Source of the DNA: an uncultured Chloroflexota bacterium
GTDB lineage: Bacteria > Chloroflexota > Dehalococcoidia > UBA2979
Direction: 5' to 3'
Assembly: GCA_903917615.1 (NCBI GenBank)
Contig: CAIXBH010000172.1
Location: 5,898 to 69,897 of the forward strand
DNA: 64,000 bases
Shown here piece after piece: positions 24,711 to 33,399 of the stretch; position 1 is the first letter of the stretch, and each line of letters begins with the position of its first letter. Below the pieces are notes generated by a model. That model was not told the origin of the DNA. It ran no database searches and worked only from the letters and a program-made list of their open reading frames with translations. A program made the translations under genes and the position numbers.

Positions 24711-26036
24711 GTGCGACGGCTCGGTCTGGTTCTGTTCTGCGGGCTAATCACCGTGAGCGCGGCTGCGTGCGGCGCCGCCGCGGACGATCCTGTCCGCCCG
24801 ACCGCGACGCTGACACCTGTGCCAACTGCCGATTCGACGCAGATCAGTCCGTCGTCTGAGCGCCGCCCGATCATTCCGGACTTCCCGTCAGTGTCTCCAG
24901 CCAGCGGCGCATCGGGCGCTGCGTCCGACGCGCTCTGCACCCCGACGCGCCCGACGGCAGTGGGTGGTGCGCTCCCGGCGTTGCGCGTTGGCAAGCTCGG
25001 CGTCGCAGCGGTGCACACGGGTACGGAGTTGTCCCTGATCGCACTCGATGGTCCCGGTCAGATGGTTCCCCTGACCTCCGGGAGCCGAAATGCAGACTAC
25101 GCAGGGTCGACCAAGACATCGACCGGTATGGACGTCTATTTCACCAGCGAGGAGTGCCGGACAAACGCCTACGGACGTCGGACCATCACGCTGTACCGCG
25201 TCGCGGTTCCTGGGGGGATCCCGCAGCGCTTGTTCTCGTTTGAGGGCACGGCGAAGGACGATGTCGGGACTATTGCCGCCGTTTCGCCGGATGCGCGGCG
25301 CGTCGCGTATAGCGCTGCATCAGGCCTGCATGTCATGGATCTGTCGTCTGGTAGCGATCGATTGGTCGTGGCCGCGGGGATTGGTTGTGGCACCCCGGGG
25401 CACGGAATCGCTGATTGTTTCGGGCAGTTCTCCCCGTGGTGGATCGCCGATGGGAAGGCGATCCTATACACGCACATTGGCTGGGAATGGTCTTGGCCTA
25501 TGGTGGTCGCCCCGGACCCGCCTGGCCAACCTGTACAAGTTGGCTCCAACGGTTTCGGTCTTGGTAGCGCCCTCGGCAGTGCCCTCTGTGTTGGAGACAC
25601 TCGTTCGGTCGTGGTGCTCGACATCGTGGCGAAGACACGAGTCGCAATCGCTACCTCGCCCGCGGACATGCCGTCACCTGATGGGAGCATCGGCACGGGC
25701 TGTGCGTGGTCAACTCACGGACGACTTGCAGTGGCGTTCAGCGAGTGGCAGCAAGTTCCTCGCGCAGGGGGCGTCGGGACGGACTTGGTCGCGACACATA
25801 TCAGGATTCTCGACTCGAACCGCACCGAACTCGTCGACGTGCGTGGAGATCGAGACCACCAGATCGGCAACGTCATCGGATGGACCGCCGACGGCGAGCA
25901 GGTACTTCTTCGCAAGTACGATCCGGCCACCTCCGCCGAGTTGGCGCTCATGAGCCTCGACGGCACCACGAAACCACTCGCGGTTCCGCTCGCATCGCGA
26001 GACCGAATCCAGGCGGTACTTCCTTGGGCGCCCTAG
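24711..26036 (+). CDS. Lipoprotein, beta-propeller-like, unknown function
   Basis: Signal peptide with lipobox LITVSAAAC. Repeated ...RVAYSA/...LAVAFS segments suggest TolB/WD40-like blades. GC is visibly lower than in the neighbouring genes. Confidence 0.6.
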   Translation: MRRLGLVLFCGLITVSAAACGAAADDPVRPTATLTPVPTADSTQISPSSERRPIIPDFPSVSPASGASGAASDALCTPTRPTAVGGALPALRVGKLGVAAVHTGTELSLIALDGPGQMVPLTSGSRNADYAGSTKTSTGMDVYFTSEECRTNAYGRRTITLYRVAVPGGIPQRLFSFEGTAKDDVGTIAAVSPDARRVAYSAASGLHVMDLSSGSDRLVVAAGIGCGTPGHGIADCFGQFSPWWIADGKAILYTHIGWEWSWPMVVAPDPPGQPVQVGSNGFGLGSALGSALCVGDTRSVVVLDIVAKTRVAIATSPADMPSPDGSIGTGCAWSTHGRLAVAFSEWQQVPRAGGVGTDLVATHIRILDSNRTELVDVRGDRDHQIGNVIGWTADGEQVLLRKYDPATSAELALMSLDGTTKPLAVPLASRDRIQAVLPWAP

Positions 26037-26969
26037 TTAATCCTTGCCGCGGAAGTACGGCAGCACATCCTCCTGCAGCACGCTCAGGTCGTGCTGCAGC
26101 CGCTCACCCTGCGCGGACATGTTGAACACGAAGTGCGTCGCCCCGGCCTCGGCGAACCGCTCGAGGTGCTCGATGATGTCCTGCGCGTTGCCCAGCGCGT
26201 TGTAGCGCTCGGCCATCTCGTACCAGTTGGTCGAGGCGCGCGTGCCGACCGGTCCGCCTCGGGCCCCAGCCTCGGCGAGCGCGGTCGCGTGGTCCTTCGC
26301 GATCGTGACGCCGGTGACGACGCCAATCTGGAGGTTCGAGAGGTCGCGCCCGTACTTGTCGGCGGCGATCTGCTTGATCGTCGCCACCCGCTCCTTCAGC
26401 CCCGGCACGGTGTTCAGGTTCGGGAACCAGCCGTCCGCGTACTTCGCCGCGCGGTCGACGGCCTCGGGCGCGCGGCCGCCCATCCAGATCGGTGGGTGCG
26501 GCTGCTGGAGTGGCTTCGGCATCAACGTGAGGTCGCGCACCTGGTAGTACTTGCCCTCGTAGGTGACGTGGTCCTCAGTCCAGAGGCGCGACAGGATCTC
26601 GAGGCTCTCGTTCGTCCGACGGCCGCGCTCATTCAGCGGGATGTTCAGGTTCTCGAACTCGGGCGGGTAATCGCCGCCGACACCGACTCCGAAGATGAAG
26701 CGACCCCCGGACATGTGGTCGATCTGCGTGACCGCCTTCGCCACCATCAGGGGGTGCCGGAGCGGCAGCACGATGACGCGCGCGCCGATGGTGATGTGAT
26801 CGGTCGCGCCCACCATCGCGCCCAGCTGCGTGAGGATCTCGTTGCCGTTGGTCACGCTGAGCACGTGCTCGCCGACCCATGCCGAGTCGAAGCCGCGTCG
26901 CTCGAGCTCCTTTGCCCAGAAATTCGGCTGCATGGCCGCCGATGCGGCGCCGAACTTGATGGTGGTCAT
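26037..26969 (-). CDS. LLM-class (luciferase-like) F420/flavin-dependent oxidoreductase
   Basis: TIM-barrel LLM motifs (AWVGEHV, VLPLRHP, ..FGVGVGG...). Trimmed to the ATG at 26967-26969. Confidence 0.8.
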   Translation of the reverse strand: MTTIKFGAASAAMQPNFWAKELERRGFDSAWVGEHVLSVTNGNEILTQLGAMVGATDHITIGARVIVLPLRHPLMVAKAVTQIDHMSGGRFIFGVGVGGDYPPEFENLNIPLNERGRRTNESLEILSRLWTEDHVTYEGKYYQVRDLTLMPKPLQQPHPPIWMGGRAPEAVDRAAKYADGWFPNLNTVPGLKERVATIKQIAADKYGRDLSNLQIGVVTGVTIAKDHATALAEAGARGGPVGTRASTNWYEMAERYNALGNAQDIIEHLERFAEAGATHFVFNMSAQGERLQHDLSVLQEDVLPYFRGKD

Positions 26970-27111
26970 GGGTGCCTCATTTCGCAGTGGGGACGGTGTC
27001 GATGATCCGCGCGTCATCATACGCGTGTTCATCTCGCGCCTGAGCTCCGCCTGAACTGCCAGGGAAGGGGACGCGCTTTACGCCCCCGAATGCGCGGCGC
27101 AGGATGAGGAC

Positions 27112-28614
27112 ATGAGCAGGCGTCGTCCCTCGACAGTTGTACCGGAAGCGGACGCCGCCCTCACGCCGGTGGATCGCCCTGAGCGGCACGTGGTGTTCGC
27201 CCTCATGGCGACCGCGATGCTCATCTACAACATGCAGTACAGCATGGTCGCGGTCGGCCTCGATGCGCTGACGACGGACCTGCACGCGCCGCTCCGCTGG
27301 AGCGGCTGGGTCTTGACCGTGTTCCTGCTCGGGATGGTCGTCTCGCTGCCGGTCGCGGGGCGCTTTGCCGAGCGCTTCGGCGCACGAGCCGTGTTCGCGG
27401 GCGGGTTCGTGTTGTTCACACTGTCCTCGCTCATCTGCGCGGTCGCGCCGAACGTGTTCGTGCTGATCCTCGGACGGCTGGGGCAGGGCGTCGCCGGAGG
27501 CGGGCTGGTGCCGGCGGGCGTGAGCCTGATCGGGGAGGTCTACGCGAACGGCCGCACGCGGGCCATCGGCCTCTACGCCGCGATGATGCCGGGTGCGGCC
27601 GTCCTCGGTCCCGTCGTCGGCGGCGTCGTCGTCGCCACGCTCGGGTGGCGCGCGACGTTCGCCCTGACCGTGCCCATCGGCGCGCTGGCCTCGGTGCTGG
27701 CGTTCTTCATCCTGCCGCCCGGGCAGCGACGGCCGGTGCAGCGCACGGACGGCGTCGGGATCGTCCTGCTCGCCGTGATCATGACGTCGTTCATCTTCGC
27801 GCTGACGGAGCTCGGCCGGCGCGACGCCCCCGCCGACATGCGCGTGGTGGTTGGCTCGTTCCTCCTCTGCGCGGTCGCGCTCGTTCTGTTCCTGCGCCAG
27901 GAGAGCCGGTTCGAGGTCCCCGTGGTGGATCTCGACCTGCTCCGGCGGCCGCCGTTCGCCGCGACCTACCTCATCTCGATGGCCTTCGGTGCGGGGTGGC
28001 AGGGGATCGTGGCGATCGTCCCGCTCTACGCGCAGCAGGGGTACCGCCAGTCGATCGAGGCAAGCGGGGCGCTCTCCGGGCCGCGCGGGCTGGTGATGGT
28101 CGGATGCGCCGCGCTCTCCGCGATGCTGCTGCAGCGGACGGGTTTCCGGAAGCCGATCCTGCTGGGTGTGCTCGGCCTCGGCGCGGTGATGTGGATCATC
28201 AGCCTCGGAATCGCCAACCCGACGATCGCCGGCGTGACGCTGAGCAACTTCTGGTGGCTCCTGCTCATCGTCAGTTCCGCGGGCATCTTCTATGGCCTCG
28301 CGACGCCATCGCTGCAGAACGCGGGCCTCGAGTTGGCGCCGACGCGGATCGCCACGCTGGCCGGACTGCGCGGCATGTTCAACAGCCTCGGTGGCACGAT
28401 CGGTATCGCGGTCGCGGTGATGATCACGTCGCGCTCTTCCGACACCGTCGTCGGCCTGCAGCACGCGTTCGCCGCGATCGGCGCGCTCGTCGCGCTGTCG
28501 GCGATCTGCGTCCCGTGGATCCCCGAGCTCGGCATTGCGAAGCGAACCGGCACGATAGCCCTCCGATCGGACGGGCCCTCGGCCGAGCGCGCCGCCTCGA
28601 CCCGCTCACGCTGA
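27112..28614 (+). CDS. MFS transporter (drug:H+ antiporter-like, 14-TMS type)
   Basis: 500 aa, multiple TM helices, with an MFS motif after TM2 (GRFAERFGAR). Confidence 0.8.
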   Translation: MSRRRPSTVVPEADAALTPVDRPERHVVFALMATAMLIYNMQYSMVAVGLDALTTDLHAPLRWSGWVLTVFLLGMVVSLPVAGRFAERFGARAVFAGGFVLFTLSSLICAVAPNVFVLILGRLGQGVAGGGLVPAGVSLIGEVYANGRTRAIGLYAAMMPGAAVLGPVVGGVVVATLGWRATFALTVPIGALASVLAFFILPPGQRRPVQRTDGVGIVLLAVIMTSFIFALTELGRRDAPADMRVVVGSFLLCAVALVLFLRQESRFEVPVVDLDLLRRPPFAATYLISMAFGAGWQGIVAIVPLYAQQGYRQSIEASGALSGPRGLVMVGCAALSAMLLQRTGFRKPILLGVLGLGAVMWIISLGIANPTIAGVTLSNFWWLLLIVSSAGIFYGLATPSLQNAGLELAPTRIATLAGLRGMFNSLGGTIGIAVAVMITSRSSDTVVGLQHAFAAIGALVALSAICVPWIPELGIAKRTGTIALRSDGPSAERAASTRSR

Positions 28615-28624
28615 TGAGGCCTCG

Positions 28625-29401
28625 ATGAGTCGAACGGTCGTCTTCATTCACGGCGCCTGGATGACCCCCGCGTGCTGGGAGCGCTTCACTGGCCGCTACG
28701 AGGCGCGGGGATGGGCCGTGCTCGCGCCACCGTGGCCACTCGAGGATCGACCGATCGACGAGTTGCGCGCGCAGCCCGACCCGGCGCTTGCCGCGATCGG
28801 CGTGAGCGAGATCGTCGATCACTACGCTGCGGTGATTGCGGCGCTACCGGAGCCTCCGCTGCTCGTCGGGCACTCGTTCGGTGGCCTCTTCGTGCAGATG
28901 CTCCTCGACCGCGGTCTCGGTGCCGCGGGCGTCGCGATCGACCCCGCGCCGCCCCGGTGGGTACTGGCCACCCCGAAGGCGATCTGCGGGAGCCTCTCCG
29001 TGCTCCTGACCCCGTTCGGGTGGCGGAAGACGCTGCGCATGTCATTCGACGCGTTCTCGAAGACGTTCGCCAATCGGGTGCCGGCGGATCAGCAGCGCGC
29101 GGAGTACGACCGACACATTGTGCCGACGCCCGGGCGGATCTTCTTCCAGGACGCGGTGGGGAAGGGGACCGGTGTCCGCTTCAATAATCCGTCGCGTGCT
29201 CCGCTGCTGATCACGGCCGCCTCGGACGACCTGACGGTCGATCCCGCGATGGTCCGCGCCAATTTCCGGAAGTACCGAGGCGCTGCCCTCACAGACTTCC
29301 ATGAGTTTTCGGGGCACAGCCACTTCCTCATCGCCGAGCCCGGCTGGGGGGAGGTCGCGGACTACACCCTCGACTGGGCGGAGATGCACATCCCGGCGTA
29401 G
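28625..29401 (+). CDS. Alpha/beta hydrolase
   Basis: VVFIHGAWM...LVGHSFGG nucleophile elbow. Starts 11 nt after the MFS stop, so co-transcription is likely. Confidence 0.75.
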   Translation: MSRTVVFIHGAWMTPACWERFTGRYEARGWAVLAPPWPLEDRPIDELRAQPDPALAAIGVSEIVDHYAAVIAALPEPPLLVGHSFGGLFVQMLLDRGLGAAGVAIDPAPPRWVLATPKAICGSLSVLLTPFGWRKTLRMSFDAFSKTFANRVPADQQRAEYDRHIVPTPGRIFFQDAVGKGTGVRFNNPSRAPLLITAASDDLTVDPAMVRANFRKYRGAALTDFHEFSGHSHFLIAEPGWGEVADYTLDWAEMHIPA

Positions 29402-29506
29402 CGATCGCCCGGGCGACCCGGATTCGTGACGTTCGTCACAAGTTTCGGGGGCGACGGTCAGCCCGGCATACGGGGAGCCGATGCTAGGCTGCGGGCAGGA
29501 GGCCAC

Positions 29507-29764
29507 ATGAACGGACCGCGTTACACCATCGAAGAGTTGCGCCACGTGCTGACGGATCGGCGGGCCAGCATCGCCGAGACGGTTGTCGGGCAACTCACGG
29601 GCGACGCGGTGCTCGAGGCCGCCATGTTCCAGTTGAAGGACGTCCTGAATCCGGACGGCTCGGTGCGTCTCGACATGCCCGCAGTGCGCGCCCTGATCGG
29701 GGAATGGCTGGACACCGCGGTCACCGAGACCATCAAGTACGCCATCGTCGAACTGGAGGGCTAG
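29507..29764 (+). CDS. Small hypothetical protein (about 86 aa)
   Basis: ATG ORF (MNGPRYTIEEL...) upstream of the CoA-transferase pair. No recognisable domain. Confidence 0.3.
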   Translation: MNGPRYTIEELRHVLTDRRASIAETVVGQLTGDAVLEAAMFQLKDVLNPDGSVRLDMPAVRALIGEWLDTAVTETIKYAIVELEG

Positions 29765-29843
29765 CCTCCCCCGAACGGGCTCCTCAACGCCGCTCCGGAA
29801 GGAGTATCCTCGCGCCGTTCGCGGGGACGAGGGGAGCCAGATC

Positions 29844-31004
29844 ATGGGTGGACCGCTAGAGGGCATTCGAGTCATCGACGTCAGCGAGGGCGCGCAGGGC
29901 CCCTGGGGTGGGGCCCTGCTGGCCGACCTCGGCGCCGACGTCATCAAGGTCGAGCGGCCGGTGGGCGAGATGATGCGCCACGGCGGGCCGACCAAGCGCG
30001 GCATGCCGCTGCCGCACGCCGGCATGAACCACGGCAAGCGCAACATCGTCCTCGACGTGAAGACCGAGGACGGCATGCTGGCCATGCTCGAACTCGTGAA
30101 GACGGCCGACGTCTTCCTCGAGAACTGGCGGCGCGACGTCGCCCCGCGCATCGGCCTCGACTACGCGTCGCTGATCAAGATCAATCCGAATCTCGTCTAC
30201 GCCTCGGCCAGTGGCTTCGGCGACGGTGGCCGGTACGGCCCGCTCGCGTCGACCGACGGGTTCTCGCAGGCCATGGCCGGGTACTACTCACTGAACGGGC
30301 CGGAGGGCGGTCCGGGCGAGCGCCCGCGGTTCATCGTGATCGACTTCACGTCGCCGCTCACGGCAGTGCAGGCGATCCTCATGGCGCTGTTGGAGCGGGA
30401 CCGCACCGGGCACAGCCAGTGGGTACACGTCTCGCAGCTGCGGACGCTGTTGAGCGTCGGGCAGATCCGCTCCGCCGAGTACTTCATGTCGGGCAACGTG
30501 CCCGTGCCGATGGGCAGCGCGAACGCGTACTGCGTCCCCTCGCAGGGCTTCCGCACCGCGGACAAGCACATCTTTGTCGACTGCCCCACCGAGGAGACGT
30601 GGAAGGCGTTCTGCACGGTCATCGACCTGCCCAAGTTGATCGACGACCCGAAGTTCGCAACGAACGCACTCCGGGTCGAGCACCGCAAGGAGCTCATCCC
30701 GATTCTCGAGAAGGCGATGGTCCGCTTCGAGGGGCACCGGTGGGTCGAGAAGCTCCGCGCGGCGGGTGTTCCGGCGAGCGAGGTGGTGCTCGACATCGAC
30801 GACATGTTCGTTGATGAGCAGATCACGGCGCAGGACCTCATCCAGATCTCCGAGCACGAGGACATCGGGTGGGTCCGGCATAACGCCGTGCCGTGGGACT
30901 TCAGCAAGACCCCGGCCGTCTACGGTCCGCTCTCCGGCAAGATGGACGAGCACCACGACTCGGTCATGGCCGAGATCGACGAGGCGATGTCCGCGCACCG
31001 CTAA
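29844..31004 (+). CDS. Family III CoA-transferase (CaiB/BaiF)
   Basis: PLEGIRVIDVSEGAQGPWGGALLADLGADVIKVERP N-terminal signature; 386 aa. Confidence 0.85.
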   Translation: MGGPLEGIRVIDVSEGAQGPWGGALLADLGADVIKVERPVGEMMRHGGPTKRGMPLPHAGMNHGKRNIVLDVKTEDGMLAMLELVKTADVFLENWRRDVAPRIGLDYASLIKINPNLVYASASGFGDGGRYGPLASTDGFSQAMAGYYSLNGPEGGPGERPRFIVIDFTSPLTAVQAILMALLERDRTGHSQWVHVSQLRTLLSVGQIRSAEYFMSGNVPVPMGSANAYCVPSQGFRTADKHIFVDCPTEETWKAFCTVIDLPKLIDDPKFATNALRVEHRKELIPILEKAMVRFEGHRWVEKLRAAGVPASEVVLDIDDMFVDEQITAQDLIQISEHEDIGWVRHNAVPWDFSKTPAVYGPLSGKMDEHHDSVMAEIDEAMSAHR

Positions 31005-31096
31005 CAGCCGCGTCCGTCGCGCGAACGGCGGACTTCCGCTCCACAGTCGAGGGTCATCGAGGCCGCAGGCAACTGCGGCCTCGTGAGGGGGATGTC

Positions 31097-32308
31097 ATGG
31101 CTACAGGGCCGCTTCGGGGAATGAAGGTCATCGACCTGACGGTCGGCGACAGCGGACCGTTCATCGGCATGCAGATGGGCGATGGCGGCGCCGACGTGAT
31201 CAAGGTCGAGCCGATCACCGGCGACTGGGCGCGCCCGCTCGGTGGTCCCGGCCTGTTCGATCACGGCGACGGACCGTTGTTCATGGGCATGAACCGCAAC
31301 AAGCGCAGCATTGCGCTCGACCTCGAGACGACCGAGGGGAAGGCAATCGTCCACGCGCTGCTGAAGGACGCGGATGTCCTGATCCACAACTTCCCGAAGG
31401 CCGCGGACGCGAAACGCCTCGGCCTGGACTACGAGAGCCTCGAGAAGGAGAACCCGCGGCTCGTCTACTGCGACTTCTCGATGGTCGGCCGGATTGGGCC
31501 GGAAGCGAACGGTCCGGAGACCGACCTGACCCTGCAGGCTCGCGTCGGGCTGCCGCGGTTCCTCGGTGAACGCGGTGCGCCGCCGAACAAGTTCGGCTCG
31601 AACTACGCCGGCGTCTCGTCTGCGATGTACGCCATGCAGGCGATCCTCGCGGCGCTGTTCTGGCGGAACCGCAGCGGGCAGGGCCAGGCGGTGCACACGT
31701 CCGTGCTGTCCGGCATGCTCGCGACGGAGCAGAACTACCTCACCTCATCGAGCGACCCCGACGGCGATATTCGCGGGTTCCCGGTGTCCCACCTCGAGCC
31801 GCCCTCGCAGGGCCTCGAGACTGCGGGGCAGCGCGTCGAGATGGGCTTCAACTACGCGCGCGACCCCGAGGCGATCGACAAGCTCTTCGACTGGCTCGGC
31901 GTGCTCGACAAGGTGCGCGCCGATCACCCCGAGGTGGCGAGCCGGCACCTCGGCAATCAGGACACGCAGATGCTGCGGCCCTACCTGCTCCCGGCGCTGA
32001 AGACGAAGACGTACCCCGAGGTCTACGACAAGATGATGGAACTCGGCATCCAGTGGGCGCCGGTGCACGACTACGGCTCGATGTACGCCGACCCCGGCAT
32101 CCTCGAGCAGGACGTCGTCCGGACCGTCGAGCACCCAGTGCGCGGGACGGTGAAGGAAGTCAGCCCGTCCTGGGCGATCGACGAGGCACCCGCCGAGATC
32201 CGGCTGGCGCCGCCGCTGCTCGGCGAGCACACCGACGTCATCCTCGGCGAGATCGGCTACGACGCGGCGAAGATCGCGGCACTGCGCGCGAGCAACGTCG
32301 TGAAGTAG
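31097..32308 (+). CDS. Family III CoA-transferase (CaiB/BaiF)
   Basis: PLRGMKVIDLTVGDSGPFIGMQMGDGGADVIKVEP. Trimmed to the ATG at 31097. Confidence 0.85.
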   Translation: MATGPLRGMKVIDLTVGDSGPFIGMQMGDGGADVIKVEPITGDWARPLGGPGLFDHGDGPLFMGMNRNKRSIALDLETTEGKAIVHALLKDADVLIHNFPKAADAKRLGLDYESLEKENPRLVYCDFSMVGRIGPEANGPETDLTLQARVGLPRFLGERGAPPNKFGSNYAGVSSAMYAMQAILAALFWRNRSGQGQAVHTSVLSGMLATEQNYLTSSSDPDGDIRGFPVSHLEPPSQGLETAGQRVEMGFNYARDPEAIDKLFDWLGVLDKVRADHPEVASRHLGNQDTQMLRPYLLPALKTKTYPEVYDKMMELGIQWAPVHDYGSMYADPGILEQDVVRTVEHPVRGTVKEVSPSWAIDEAPAEIRLAPPLLGEHTDVILGEIGYDAAKIAALRASNVVK

Positions 32309-32409
32309 GGCGTCGTCGCTGCTGTCCGGTCGAGGGCTCCGCTGCGGCGGGGCCCTCGTCGTGTCTGCGCCGAAACACAGGCCTCGCGCTCGGCGCGTAG
32401 GATCGCGCC

Positions 32410-33324
32410 ATGCGGATGCCATGGCCGTTCCGTCAGGCGGGTACGCAGGCCGGGGGATTCCCGGGCGGGCGCGAGGATCGTCGCCAGACGATGCTCCTCG
32501 AGGCATTGCGCGACCTCGCGGTCGGTCGGCGCGGCGTCATCTACGACGTGCCCGCCAGCGAGCGCCCGCGCACGGTGCCCGGCAGCATCTTCGTGCGCGG
32601 CGGCGCCGCGTGGCGACGCTTCCTCGACGCGCGGGAGGCGGTCGACGCCGGCGAGCCTACGCTGCTCATCTCGCTGCGCGTGCTCGACGAGGCCGAGCGG
32701 CATCTCGTCGTCGACTGGGGCACGACATACGCCAACACGTTCCTCCTGGTCGAGCCCCGCGACTGGCGCTGCGACCTGACGGATCCCGAGAACACCTTCT
32801 CCCATCGCCTCGACGACGCGATGGATGCGAGCGTCGCGCTCGCGCCGCCGGGCGATGCCGTCGCGACCGTCGGCTGGACCCGTGGCACGCCGCTCAGCGG
32901 CCTCCTGCACGAGGCGTACGGCGTCTGGCGGTACTGGACGGTGCCATCGCGTCAGGGCGTCACCCGCAGCATCCCGCTCGATCTGGGGGAGGCGGGTGAC
33001 ACGCTCTGGGCGCGGCTCCAGCCGATCCTCGATGAACGTTTCCCACAGGCGTCGTTTGACCGCGCCGTGGCCCGCCTGCGCGCCTCCGACCGCGAGCTCC
33101 TCGGCGGGCCGGTGGCGCGAGCGCGCTCGGTGTTTCGCACGCGCCTCGGGCTGCCGGTGATGCACGACACCGCGTGCGTGGACCGCGCAGTGCGTCACCT
33201 CGTGGACGCCGGCAGCATGCGGGTCATGGCGGCTTCGATGCCGGGCCGTCCGATCTTCGGCGCCGGGCGTCCCGTGCCTGCCGAGGTCACCGACGAGGAG
33301 TTCGCCGGATTCGTGATGATCTGA
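32410..33324 (+). CDS. Hypothetical protein
   Basis: 304-aa ORF with protein-like composition. The opposite strand carries only an 843-aa antisense artefact. No recognisable motif. Confidence 0.4.
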   Translation: MRMPWPFRQAGTQAGGFPGGREDRRQTMLLEALRDLAVGRRGVIYDVPASERPRTVPGSIFVRGGAAWRRFLDAREAVDAGEPTLLISLRVLDEAERHLVVDWGTTYANTFLLVEPRDWRCDLTDPENTFSHRLDDAMDASVALAPPGDAVATVGWTRGTPLSGLLHEAYGVWRYWTVPSRQGVTRSIPLDLGEAGDTLWARLQPILDERFPQASFDRAVARLRASDRELLGGPVARARSVFRTRLGLPVMHDTACVDRAVRHLVDAGSMRVMAASMPGRPIFGAGRPVPAEVTDEEFAGFVMI

Positions 33325-33399
33325 GTGCAGGTGACCGGTTGCCGCGCCCGCCGTAGGGCTATACCCTCTCGTAAACGTGAGGTAGAGTAGCGAGTACCG

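Noticed and set aside
29426-29506. Longer version of the small ORF starting at GTG 29426 (MTFVTSF...)
   Set aside because: The GTG lies inside the inverted repeat. The downstream ATG at 29507 gives a more plausible start, though the ORF itself remains low-confidence.
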